A stretch of 64,000 nucleotides of DNA from positions 20,708,001-20,772,000 of the forward strand of contig JBHGNT010000011.1 of NCBI GenBank assembly GCA_043228905.1, read 5' to 3'. The position numbers and the translations under genes were made by a program. Every line of letters begins with the position of its first letter. Within the stretch, counting starts at the first letter, position 1. The DNA is from Azolla caroliniana. Lineage: Eukaryota > Plantae > Polypodiophyta. This document shows positions 48,001 through 60,698 of the stretch, piece after piece. The notes beneath the pieces were generated by a model that had not been told where the DNA came from, did no database searches, and was given only the letters and a program-made list of their open reading frames with translations.

Positions 48001-51000
48001 AGTATTCCTTCAGGATCTTGTGCACTGTTTTCCCCTGGGTTGTAGTCAGAGATACAATTATTGGTAGATTTTTCTTTTAAAGAAGAAAAATGGTGTGCTG
48101 TAGCATTATTGTTACGCAATGCACGCACACTTGGCCATCCATGTTGCAAATTTGTTAAACAGGCAGCTCTCTGTATCTGCAATGGCAAAGGAGTTGAAAT
48201 GAGAACTCTATCCCTCCTCCGTACCACCTCTGATTCACCATGATTTCGATTCAATTTTTTCTCAGGAGCTAATGCACCATGAACAGCTGATAACGAGTCA
48301 CTGCTACCATCACAACCTGCACATTTGCAGCTGCTTAGATCATCAGAATATAAGGTGGTCAACTATTTTTCACGTTCAACAAAATGTAGATAGAAATTCG
48401 TTAGTGTGGTATGAATTCCTAATCCATTACAAAAACATTATGCACATTTGGTTTCAAAGAAAACACGGGTTTTTTTCCAAAAAAGATATTGTATTAGTAT
48501 TAAGAAACGCCCTAAGGCTATATATAAAAGATCTACATTTCGGTAATGAGCCCCTTTCTAAATTCTAATCGTCGGCTTAAATAAATACTTCGGTGTAGAG
48601 TAGAACCACTCCACCTTATCAGAAATCCGTCTATAAAATATTCCTTTGTCCCAGATGGCATGAAACTCCAATCATTTGAGCTCCACTTGTTGCGTATTAC
48701 CTTTTATGTTAGCCAAAGAACCTCTGAGATTATGCACAATCTCTGAGATTATGCCTCTATTTGTGGATCATATCAAATATTTCAAAGAAAACAAGGTATT
48801 ATATCATAAAGCTTTTCATAACAGCCTATACCCAATGGATTGGAAACACAATAACCACTAAATGATATATCTTTAGTCTTACTCAAAGACCAGGCATACA
48901 GGATCCATAGAAATACTCAGGCACCCATAAAAACGACTGGCCAAGCAATCTGTCACATCACTTCAAAAACTCTTCACATACAATCTCCGTAATGGCATGT
49001 CCACGAGGGAAACTTCTATGATTGTAGTTCTGCAAACTTGGTAACAAGATGCAGTGGACATTGGTTGGGTTGTGTTAAGTTCATGAACCTTAAAAGTGTT
49101 CAATAAGATCAGCTTCCATGAATGCTATTTCAGAGAAGGCCTACCAGCAAGAATTACAGATAGAGGTACTGTTACAATGTCATAAGTTCATCCTTGCTAC
49201 TTGTAGGAGATGTTAAGGTGATAAGGTTTTTGGATATTGACCAAATTTCTTTGGATGGGACTGTCTTCCTATTAAGCAACCACAAGTATATTACAATCAA
49301 TATCTATCATCATCGCAATGTTTGAGAAAATGCTACAAGAGCAGGGGGCTATGATGGGGACAGATGGATATCAACAAGATCTTACAGTGTGACAGCCAAT
49401 TTGAGGATCATAATGCAACTCCCCAGTTGGGTTAATCGCCAGATTCATTGTGTGGAGGCAGAACCACCATGGTCCTGAACCAGGTGCAAATTGAGATCAA
49501 AAAGGAAAATGAGCATACAAGGAGTAGGCATTGCCAGTGAAAGGATGGAAATTCGCAGTGTTTATGAGCCGTGATTCAAGAATATTTACAATCAACTATT
49601 AATATTAATGAAGTGTTATGTGAACAAGGGTCAAGCAAAAATTCTTAATAATAAAAGAGATGGAAGGACTACAAGTTAAGGTGGCTTAAACCCTTTATAG
49701 TTTACAAATCTGGAAGAGTTGTGGAGAATCATTGAACAAGAAGAAGAAAGACGGTGTTTGTACGACAATCAGTTCTAAGTTATTAATTCCAAAGGGCAAC
49801 TTATTCTCTTCTACCTGTTGATAATTAACCAAGAACAAAACTAGCACCTTCAACTCTTGAAGCTTGGTATTTAACCCAAGATGGATCAGTATCTCTATGG
49901 TCCCTATCGTTTTTTGTCCAAACTAAGAAGAAAGAAAAAATAAACAAATAAAGTTTACAGCTTTGGCTCCCTGGAGTCAGAATTAAGTCTATGGGCAAAG
50001 ACAAATGGCTATCATTCAGCTGGATAGGCAGGATTTCAAAAGGGGTTCACAATTGTGGATCACATATTAACCCCCTGAGTCATTATTGAGGAGGGCAGAG
50101 CCCATAAAAAGATGATTTAATGCTGATTTGTGGATTTCCGAAAATCCTTCAACAATGTACTGCATGTTCAATCCCCCCCCCCCCCCGTACATATGCAATT
50201 GGAATGTATGCACTATATGAATCTGTGTCAGGAAAAGGGTGATCTCACAATGGGTTGTCAGAGGCTGTGGCTAGCAGAATTCGAATAAAACAACAATGCC
50301 CACTATCATCCACTATCTTTGGTCTCTATATAGATGAGGTATTGCATTACACAGATTTGGCAGTTCAAAGGTACGCTTAGAGGGTATAGCCATACAGATA
50401 TTACTATATGCTGACCACCAACTCACCAAAGGAACTACAAAGACATCTCAACACTTTAAAATCATTTTGTATAGACAAAGGTTTTATGGTCAACCTGGAT
50501 AAAACTAAAGTGATGGTGTTTGACACAACTCAATCCTAGGAGTAACATTACAGAGCCTCAATTTTCCTTATGTGAGGCTGCCTGCGCTCAACTTTCTCGT
50601 GGATATATCATATGCAGTCCTTTGTGTGCTTGAAAGACAATGTACAAATATACAATTGCAAGAGCCACTAACTAGATTGCTGCTATTTGAAGCACTCGTT
50701 ACAACGACACTTCTCTACGGAACAGAAATCATTTTGTATAGACAAAGGTTTTATGGTCAACCTGGATAAAACTAAAGTGATGGTGTTTAACACTACTCAA
50801 TCCTAGAAGTAACATTACAGGGCCTCAATTCTCCCTATGTGAGGCTGCCTGCGCTCAACTTTCTCATGGATATGCAGCCCTTAGTGTGCTTGAAAGACAA
50901 TGTACAAATATACAATTACAAGAACCACTAACTAGGTTGCTGCTATTTGAAGCACTTGTCATACCGACACTTCTCTACGGAACAGAAACCTGGGGACAAA

Positions 51001-54000
51001 GTCTTCACAAGGCAAATAATTGGACAGATTTGAAGAGACTGTTAGTCTCAATCATTGGCCGTATTTAAGGAGCAACGCATTGGTGCCCCGTAATATAAAT
51101 CAGGAAGAGATGGGAGCAGCCCCGGTAATCACCAAGGCATTATTCCAATCAGTGACCAGTATCCAATGTCTTTGGGAGCTCCGGAAATGAATGTACTCAA
51201 GGTGGCACTTATGTCATCAAAACACCTTTCTGATCATGGAGACGATCATTGTTGGTATACTGAAATGCAACAATGGTTTGAGTCCCATGGCATAAGCATA
51301 AATGCACTAACCCCATTCTAACATAGTTTGGATTGTCCCCATCTGAACCTGACCAAAGTGCAAAAGAATAGAGCGATCAGAACTTATATTCTCAAATTGA
51401 ATAACGGAAGAACATGGAAAAGCCCCACAACATTTCTTGGTAGGAAGATGGCCTACAACAAGGCACACATTTTACACACATCAGAGGATGGATTTATCAT
51501 CAGGCCCTCTTATATTGATATACATCTATCGCATGCACTGTGTATTGTGATAGAGCAGCTACCAAACCTCTTCACATCAGTTAGAGATTGAGGTACCCAA
51601 GCATGACCTTCACTCCTACCCAAGCATGGTTGGCCAATTCGTATACTCGATCAGTACTGATACTCCAACTAGGACCAATTCCAATTAGCCATAGATAGTA
51701 GACATATTACAACATTGTGAGGCCCAATTGGATTAATGACAAGGCACTCCAAGGATTGCATTCCAAGCATCCCCATGCCTTTCTTGGATGACATAGCTAT
51801 AAATTGATGCTGGGATGATGATAAGGATGAGATCAGAAATTGGAAAAATTGCAGGAGTTTGTGATGGATCACATATCTAATTGCAAAAGGATTATAGGCA
51901 AAATTTGAAGGGGCGCACCTGACACTATCTGGAGAAAAGTCAAAATTTGGAATAACTTGAGATCCTCATTGTTGAAAACCTTGTAGGCCCTACTATTATC
52001 GCAAGCCACCTCCAGCAAAGGTTGATGCTATCCAAAAGATGGAGGCATGTGAAACAGTCAGAAATAAGATGGCGCTTGGAGTCCACATTATGCACATATT
52101 ACGAACCTGCTTTACTACTTGTTAAAGGAAAAAGTTAATTTGGATGGACAAACACAGTCATGCTATGTGGATACTACTCAAGGCTCTAGCACTAAAAAGT
52201 CAGATTAGGCCATTGGACGCCCACTCATAAGGGTTGCTGACACAAACCCAACCTAGATCAGCTAGATTATCAGCCAAACCATCCAATTCGCTTTGGGACA
52301 AAGGGTTTGAGTGAAAGACGAAGAGGGTGTGTCCAAGTCAAGCGTCTATGGGTAATTGTGTTGACCACCAAAATTGGTCAAGATCACCTTAAATAGCAGC
52401 ACATACTGGAGGATGTGCCATGTTGTCTTCCTGTTGTCTTGCTTTGTCACACTGTGTGAACCACCTCTAAACCAAGCACAACGGAGAAAGTCTAACTAGG
52501 TCTAGTCTAAGAATCACAAATGAATTGGAAGAACGGGTTTTGAACCTTACATCTCAACATTACGAAGAATTATAACTATTGATGAGATAGTAGTTAGAAG
52601 CATTAAATATTCTTTAGTACTTAGAACTTACTTAGATAAAGTGTAAAACATATACATGTATATAAATCAAGTTAATGCCAGAGCACCAAGTGAAAAAATA
52701 TGAACACACTATCTAGCATGTGTGCAGCTATATAAAGCACCTCAGTAACTCATACGTAAGCTAGTGTTTCATCTTTTCTTAAGTTTCTTCTATTCCATCC
52801 TCCCCTTGAGTTTTCTTAAAACATCTCCTATAAGATTCAATCCTCGAACCTCTTCTTTCTCATTCCAAATCAATTTCCATTGTCCTATATCATATCTTCT
52901 TTATCTCTTCCTTCTCATGCATTGGGTCCAAAACCCAGCCAATTCCACCTAGGTACGCATACATCAGCTAAGAAGCTACAACACAACATACGCTCTTCTT
53001 TTTAGTGGTACCTTGAATAACTGCCTTACACACATAATAAATACATGTTTTATAAGAACCATCATTTTCAAAGAAATTCTGAAAACTTCCACACATTAGA
53101 TGACTACTGCCCCAAGTTTCATACCTATAACTTTGAATATTTCAGCTCAATGACAGTAGAAAAATATGCAAATTCCCTTCATAGTTTTGTTTACAGAGAA
53201 GGATTTTCCCATACAGGTGAGTGTTGATGGTAGCTGTCTAGGTTGCTTGTGAAACTCATTTGGTTTTATATGAGGATCACGAGAAAGAAGGTTCTGAGAC
53301 AGCTATGTCACCAAAAATAAAAATATATTTTCTCTCCGTCATCATATTATTCTCTTAAAATTTTCTCTACCATAAAGAAGATTTCCCACACCCTAATTTG
53401 GAAAGCGGGGAAATTTGTCCAAGTTGTAGCTAGAACAATTAACACATATAGAACATATGATTTTATAACATCCACTACTTAAACAGCTTTAGTGTCGGGA
53501 ACATTACTGCTATCATTTGAATGCATCCCGTCTTTCCAGTGAGGCAAATCATGAACCCAAATTGCTTCTTTAATAGCAATTAATTTGTCTTTCGCGACAA
53601 CAATGATCGTGCAAGAATCAGAAGAATTCTTTATCACAAAATCTGGTATAGTGGGGCCCTTCAGCTTCCTGAACAAATAAATTTTTATTTGGTTACACTC
53701 AAGGAAACATATCCTACACAGCAATGTCATAATGTAAGATATAGCCTTCAGGGCTTTAGTGTGGAAGTGCTATATATACATCTACATGTATGTAGTAGGT
53801 GTGTGTTCTTTTTTTACTTCTTTTTATTTACCTTAAGAAGCCAGTTCTACTTGATGTCCCGATGATAAATTTCTTTGCTTTCAATCTAATGATATGATCC
53901 ACCAGAGATTTTCCTACCTCATTACCCTCAACTATAATCAACTCTGCATGAACCTTCAGTAATCCACGGATATTGAAAGGGATGAAAAATCTCTTGTTAG

Positions 54001-55048
54001 CTCAAACAGAAAGACATCCACTCCAGAAGCAAAAGAATTTGAAGAGCAGAAAAAAAAACTACCTTCCATTCATCACAAAGCGTCTTGTGAGGTTCTAACT
54101 GTTTCTCTGTTTTTGCACGTATTTCCCTTGTGTTTGTTACCAATGCTTCTGGGCTTACCTGATCCACTGAAACAATTTTGGTATTAGCATCATCTTTCTT
54201 GATCATAAAACTGGAATTTCCTTTTTTCTAAAACGTTAAATGATATATTCGTAATTTACATTTTCAATCTGCCAAGATATTTGAAACCAGCCTTTCATTT
54301 TTTCTGTGCTCAATTGTCCATAGAGAATGTAAAGCTACAAAGATCAACAATATCAACGACAGACCAGAAACATGGGAAGGTATCTCAAATATTAAAAGTT
54401 CAATGATAGTTTCATACACCACATCCAAATGGAAACAAGACACGATTTTAAACAAGGAAATCTGGAAACGAAAAATAGGTACACAAACTACAGAAAGGAA
54501 ATTTCCATCTCAAAATGACAGGTGATAACTCTGACCAATTTATTCCTTTCATTGAGTGGCTGATTGAATTGTCAAACAATGAACACAGTCAAAGAATATT
54601 AGAAACCACACCATACAAAAAACTATATAAATTGACTCAATCATCATTGAGAGATAATACATTTGTGACATTACACCGAATTAATTCTTAAATCAAATTT
54701 AGTTCCTTTCATTAGACTGCTGATGAATTGCCAATTAATAACATTGTCGATCAATTAACAAACCAAAGCATACAATGACTATATAACTGCAATCATTGTA
54801 CAATTCTAAATTTCTGACACATTTGTATATAATAATAAAAGGAAAGAAAAAGAAAAGAAAGGGGGAACACCTGATGTTGGATTGGAGCAGAGGATATGCA
54901 AAAGTTTCAAAGAAACATTTGTTTTCACAATCTTATTAGATAATGACCATTTCAAAGCAGAATAGCTACTCGGATGTTTGCTTATAGCTACCAAAACAAT
55001 TTCTTCTTCTGCAGCTGCTGTTGCTGCTTCTTCTTCCTTAAGACCCAT
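42074..55048 (-). CDS. USP-domain / coiled-coil / Ser-Thr kinase / U-box E3 ligase (PUB33/34/35/52-like, RLCK-IXb). Approximate exons 55048-54871, ~54227-54063, 53953-53832, 53668-~53485, ~48362-47688, 47602-47501, 46753-46325, 45977-45201, 42268-42074
   Basis: USP N-terminus (VLVAIS...S.SALKW.L; V.AELIIVEG.EV.K.LVD.I; K.S.DSCTIIVV.K.KL). Kinase GLGGYG, VAIK, HRDLKPAN, DVGLAR, GTFAYIDPEY. U-box [32 protein letters not shown]. The 3' exon junctions are phase-consistent; the exon 1/2 and 4/5 junctions are uncertain. Confidence 0.9.
43313..43879 (+). mobile_element. Solo LTR related to the intact copia family, in the last intron of the U-box kinase gene
   Basis: Starts TGTTGGGA..CGGTCCCTCCGGATGGGAT like the intact LTR. 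Shares the TATA block, CCCGTGGTTTTT, AGGGTTTTCCACGT and GGTTGTGGCCGAG. Ends ..CGTCA. Flanks ATTTC/GTTTC (TSD 4/5). Confidence 0.88.
47703..47809 (-). repeat. 36-bp coding triplication (ENGLDEVESAH x3) in the U-box kinase linker
   Basis: Units at 47703, 47739 and 47775, in frame. Confidence 0.93.
49880..51590 (+). mobile_element. Degenerate RTE-like LINE RT fragment in an intron (antisense to host), with an internal ~268-bp tandem duplication (50458-50988)
   Basis: AGF.RG..T.VDHILT.-VIIEE, FVDFRKSF, IKQ.CPLS..IFGLYIDE, ILLYAD, VNLDKTKVMVF, LLLFEALV.PTLLYG.ETWG, with many stops. Confidence 0.82.
51700..52150 (+). mobile_element. Ty3/gypsy RT remnant
   Basis: Fragments PMPFLDDIAI, FVMDHISNC, GAHLTLSGEKSKFG, PAKVDAIQKM, HYAHITNLLYYLLK, in RT-to-connection order. 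Confidence 0.7.
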
Positions 55049-55249
55049 CTCTTATCATATGTTAATTTATCTCTCTCTCTCTCTGTCTCTTTCTCTCTAT
55101 CTATCTATCTATGATCTATCTATCTATGATCTATCTATCAGAAGGACCCAGCAAAAGAATGAATTGACAACCAGTGATCAAACTTCGTTCCACTAAGGGC
55201 ACTTTTTATTTACTTTTGCTTTACTGGGATTTATTTGCTTACTCTGTTT

Positions 55250-55254
<5 letters not shown>

Positions 55255-55303
<49 letters not shown>
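55255..55303. repeat. (GT)n microsatellite
   Basis: Read directly. Confidence 0.95.
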
Positions 55304-55305
<2 letters not shown>

Positions 55306-56206
55306 TGCCTCTCTCTCTCTCCATTGTTTCTATCTCTTCAAAAAGAGGCAGGAAATGGCTGGTCCAAAAAGGTGTGTGGAAATGGCCACTCGGTCAACAA
55401 AAAGTTTTCTGCCTTTCTCTGTCTCTTAGGTGTCCTCCCAACCACCTCTAGACTCTCCATCACTCGGTCTTGAAAAGTCAGTCAATTACATGGTCCTTTT
55501 GAAATGTGTGAGAAATATGGTATGGTTCCTTGATCATGTAATTATTTATTAATGCCGACCCGATAGGGCAGCACTATAAACCTAATTATTACGCTAATAT
55601 ATGTGTTTGTTTTGCCTTTGGGGCTCTGCAATTACTACATCTGGGCTTGAAATGCAAGCCTAATATGATGATTTCTGTCGGTGAAAGGAATAAGAATTTG
55701 TATGCTCATGTTATCCGAGCCTAATATGATGATTTCTATCAAATGTTGGTCTCCACTATTTTGCCACGTGCTCTAGCATGTGTAGTGTAATAACGATTTC
55801 TATTGTGTACATCATACCCCTTTTCGCGCCTTCTCGATTATGATGCATGCTCTCCTTCGATAAGAGGTGTGTTGGAAAGCATACGAAACACGAAAGAGCA
55901 AAATCCAAGCATATAGAGACATCGTTGTTTAGACCAATTCTATATATAAGTACGAGTTCGAAGTATAGAGGTTTGTCATGGAAGAAATCAAGTGATACTT
56001 GACTATGTACAAAGAATAAGTATGATGCATAGCCATTCTTTGCAAACGAGACATATATAAAAGAGAGACTATGGGTAGATATACATGTAGTGTAGATATC
56101 CACATATATCACGTATGGAATCTTCAATTTATCGACCTTTAAAGTAAGACAAAGTTGACCTTGAGGTGTGGGTCTCGCTATATTGTCACGAACCCATATA
56201 TGCGTA

Positions 56207-56760
56207 TATCAAAGTGTGATACTCGTACTCCCAAACTTGCTTTAGGAAAAATGTGCACACTAAACTAGTCTTCACCACTTGTGTCCCAATGTTTCATTGC
56301 ATATCGAAGTGAGTGTGAACTAAGTAAGTCACATGAAAGCAATGATTTGGTTGATAGACAACAAAATGGCCTCCAACATGTATCCATGCGTGGTTTCCCA
56401 ATTCGACTAAGAGTATGGTTTATATAATTAGGTGCAACATATATAGCATAATGAGTGACGTTGAGCCTTTTTGCATGTCACAATACACTAGTGTTGAAAG
56501 GTCTTGTCCACGAAGGAATTTATTCATAAAGAAGGAAGTAGTTGTGTTGCATCCCATCTTCCAAACCTTTTTTTTATATGTAACATCCAACTGGAAACAC
56601 AAAAAATTGCTTTTATGTGTATACATATTGGATATTTTCACTTACTTTTCATGTCATTCCATCAATCAATGCATGTAACTTATTTGAACCCTAAGCATGT
56701 ACTAAACTACCCTTTTCATGGCCATTATCTCAATGGGAAGTGCTCTAGTCTCATGAAGTA
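56207..56760 (-). repeat. Dispersed repeat, copy 1 (probable LINE 3' fragment)
   Basis: Colinear similarity to 60120-60563 (GTGATACTC..CCCAAACTT..TTAGGAAAAATGTGCA, GTGTGAACTAAGT, GGCCAT.ATCTCAATGGGAAGTG). Confidence 0.75.
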
Positions 56761-59107
56761 TCATGGTGTATGACATTTGTTTATTCATTCAAATAAACTT
56801 TGTAACAAATAATAGAATAGATTTTTTGTAGTTCATGAGGAGTCCAACTTTGACCTATGGTATCAAATTAACATTTCATATTGTATGTGAGTCCTCCTAA
56901 GAACGAGGTTCGCTATTCCATAATAAAATATATGTCTATGTGAAAATAATGCACGCATACGTGATCACCCTTATCAGTGGACATTTGAATTACATTATTA
57001 TGCCCAATGGTTTTCATTGCAAACCTTGCATATCTTTGAATTCGGGTGATGATGCCATGATGTCACCATACCTAACTTCAGTGCGCAAGTTTGAAGAAGT
57101 TTGAGAGCCAATGCTCGTGGGATTGAAAACGTTTTTGTGTTTTTACCTTATATTCAAGCCAACTTTGGGGGTTAATATTTGCAATGTGATATTCCAATTT
57201 TGATAGTTCCACATTTTGCCACTTCATCATTAATGCCTCTAGTAATCTATCCTCGATGATCACATACTTCATATCGTCACTCCAATGTATCTTTTACTCT
57301 TGTCTTAAACCATTTCATAATGTCAAGTTCCAACTAGATGAGAGCACTTTGTTCTTATTAGTTTTTTGTACCTTGCACCGTATGTTCTGAGCTTGTTTTG
57401 GCAATATCTGACCAAGTCATATAATTGTATACTCTTTACATTGATAGTACATGTATGGGCCTAGCATTTGTTTCTAATAGTACAACAGGATATTATGTTT
57501 AGGAATTTACCACAATTGTCCAAGTAATAACATATTTTGGACTTTCTCTATTTCATTCCATGCATTGCACGAGATGATGACACTCCGCATGCAATAGACA
57601 ATGAATAAACAAAATGGTGGATGATTATGAAATTGTAAAAAACTAAATACATTGGCTCAAAGTAACACCAAACTCAGACCTTTGTCTTGATAAGTTTTGT
57701 GGCCTATAGTTGAGGTCATCAGTCAAGGCAACAAAATCATATAACCTATTGTTAGTGGCATTGATAGGAAGAATTGTCAATGGTTCATAAGCTACCAATC
57801 AAAACACTACAAAAATAGAATAATCAACCCTTAATACGAATCAACTACGTTTAACACAAGTTATTGTTGTAAGGCTCAGAGTAAAACATTTGAAACCACT
57901 CTGAAGAGAGAGAGAGAGAAAGGAGCCAAAGTCTAAAGTGGGGCACAAACTTGACATTTAGGCTATTCCAAACAATAAATTAGATTCTCCTAAGGACACA
58001 TGCTATTTACTACATCACAAACGTGTTGGGGTGGAAGCAAGCACCCTTTGTTATGACTTGCGACTATGATAATAAGGCAAACACTTATTTTCTAGACCAC
58101 GCGGTGTTTTTTTTCTTCGTGTTACTTTCCCTTTCATGTAGTAAAAATCATTTAATCCATACAGATAGAAGATGTCACCATTTATTTGTATGTACTAGTA
58201 ACATAAATGCTTCTTATTGACTCGGGTAGGTATTTGAGAGAAAATTTGAAAAACATTATTAAAATCTCATATATCTCAACTCAAGAGAATGTTAGAGATA
58301 CCATATTTCACAATGGGCTTACCTTAGTGGTAATTTGGTAATCAACTAGGTTATCAACATAAAATTGTTTCACACAAATTTTGTTGCATTGCATATCACT
58401 TTCCCTAAACTACATGCCACATTGGCAAATCAAAGTAATGGCCTCACTATCTCCAAATCATTGGCACAACCATCTTAACTATGTTGTATATCTTCCTCTC
58501 CCTCTATCTCTCCAAATAATTGGCTTTTAGGATTGGCAACACAGGCACCAATTGACATACATGATAAAATGATCTCGGAAGCAAGATAGTGAGCATTAAT
58601 TACAAAGTCCACAATACGACCCCCAATGATACTTTATCATTGTTCAATTTGAAATGTAGCGGTATTTCTGGTAAATATTTAAAAACTGTGAGATAAAAGG
58701 TTTAAAGAAAAAATGAGGAATATCTTTGCAAGACTATGATGATCATGAAAGCGTGCTTTAAAGACACGGGGGTCTATTATTTTGTGATGATATGAGTGAA
58801 TTTAGAAGTGGAGGAGAGGGGTATTTTGGTGAATCTTTAAGAAACGTTTTGGGGAGGGGGGGGTATCATTGGAATTACATTAAAGGGGTAGAATGGTAAA
58901 TTATGAAAACTTGGAGACAAACGAAGAAAAGACGACGACCAAAAGGGTAGAAAAAACAGAAGGAAAAAGAAGAAGAAGAAGAAGAAGAAGAAGAAGAAGA
59001 GGAAGGGCTGAGCGAAGGACGGCTTCATATCCATCTGCGTCTTCGTTCCTTCGTTCGTTGTCGTCGATCGTTTCGATCCCTTCTATTTCCTCTGCAGGGA
59101 AGTAGAG

Positions 59108-60565
59108 ATGCCGTCATTTGCTCTTTCTTTGGCTTCTCAGATTTCGTTGCTCGTTCAGAACTTGTCTGTGTCGAACCAGAACTCCGTGCTCTACGAGCTT
59201 AGCCTGGTAAGGTTTTCTTGTTTCTCTCTGGACTCGGAAAGAGATATTTTGAGTAAGATGCAAGGTTTAGGTATGTGTATGACCAGGAAACTAGCAGAGA
59301 GACAGAGCGAGGAGGGGGAGGGAGTTTATATTAGTTATGTATATGTATTTAAAGTTAGCACAGAGAGAGAGCTTAGGTAAGCTGCAAGGTTTCGCCATGC
59401 ATATGACCAGAAAATTAACAGAGAGGGAGATAGAGAGTGTGGGCAACCTGCAAGGTTGAGCTATACGTAGGACCAGGAAATTAATAGAGAGACATGAAAG
59501 GAGAGTGATTTACTTCCCATGAGAGTTTAAATGGTTTTTGAGACAAATCATGAGTACAAACAGGGGTGACTTAAAGTTTTCCATACCGGAACAAATATGT
59601 ATGAGATCATATATTGAGGAGTATTTGGAATCCTTTAGCTCTGTATGAGATCAGAGCTAAAAGCTCTAGATTTCTTAAAGATACATCATAGTGATCTTAA
59701 TGCATGTTGTGCAATGATTCTTGAGATGGATTGCGTGCATGAAGTGCATAACTAATATGCATGAGACGAGTATGAAGAGGGAACATTGTGGATGATTTTG
59801 GTTGGGGTGGTGGGTTGAGGGCCAAGGCTGGGAGAGGGAAAGTATTTATTCTTATGTATAAGGTCATTTCTGAAGTGAATTTGGCTTAATTTAGCTCTAT
59901 ATGAGAGAGATTTTTTTATTGACTTTGGAGGGCCAAATGTGACAGGGACCAAAAATATAACAATTTCATGTAATGCGTGTGAAAGTGAGTAGCGATTCTC
60001 AATTTTCACAAACTTTACTGACTTGCCGATTGTGATTGTGAGAGAAATTCGTGCAAGGATTGGGTTTGGTCAAAGATGTGTGGAAGGCATAACTGAATGT
60101 GATTAACGTCAAAGTATTGCATTAAAATGTGATACTCAGACACCCAAACTTATTAGGAAAAATGTGCATAGTCAACTACTCTGATCACCTATGTCTCAAA
60201 GTTCCATCTCATATTGTAATCAGTGTGAACTAAGTTGTATGGGAGCAATGGCTTGGATGGTAGACAATGGGATGGGCTCAAATATATATTGATATGTGCA
60301 TTTTCCCTATTTGGCAAAGACTGTAGTTTTGTTGTTAGATGCAACATATGTAATGGTGAGCCTGCACATTTTACATTGAATCACCTCTTCCAAACCTTTT
60401 TTGCATCCAACCAGAAGACAAAAATTTTCTTTTGTGTCTTTTGGATCTTTTTGCATGCAATTCTAGGAAGTCAATGTGAAGGACTCTTTTGAACTTTAAG
60501 CATGCATTCAGCAACCCTTTCTGTGGCCATGATCTCAATGGGAAGTGATCCCATCTCAAGAAGAG

Positions 60566-60596
<31 letters not shown>

Positions 60597-60655
60597 AATA
60601 TTAACATCTTTTAAGAGACCAAAATGACCTATAAGACCAAACAAGAGATTACATC

Positions 60656-60698
<43 letters not shown>

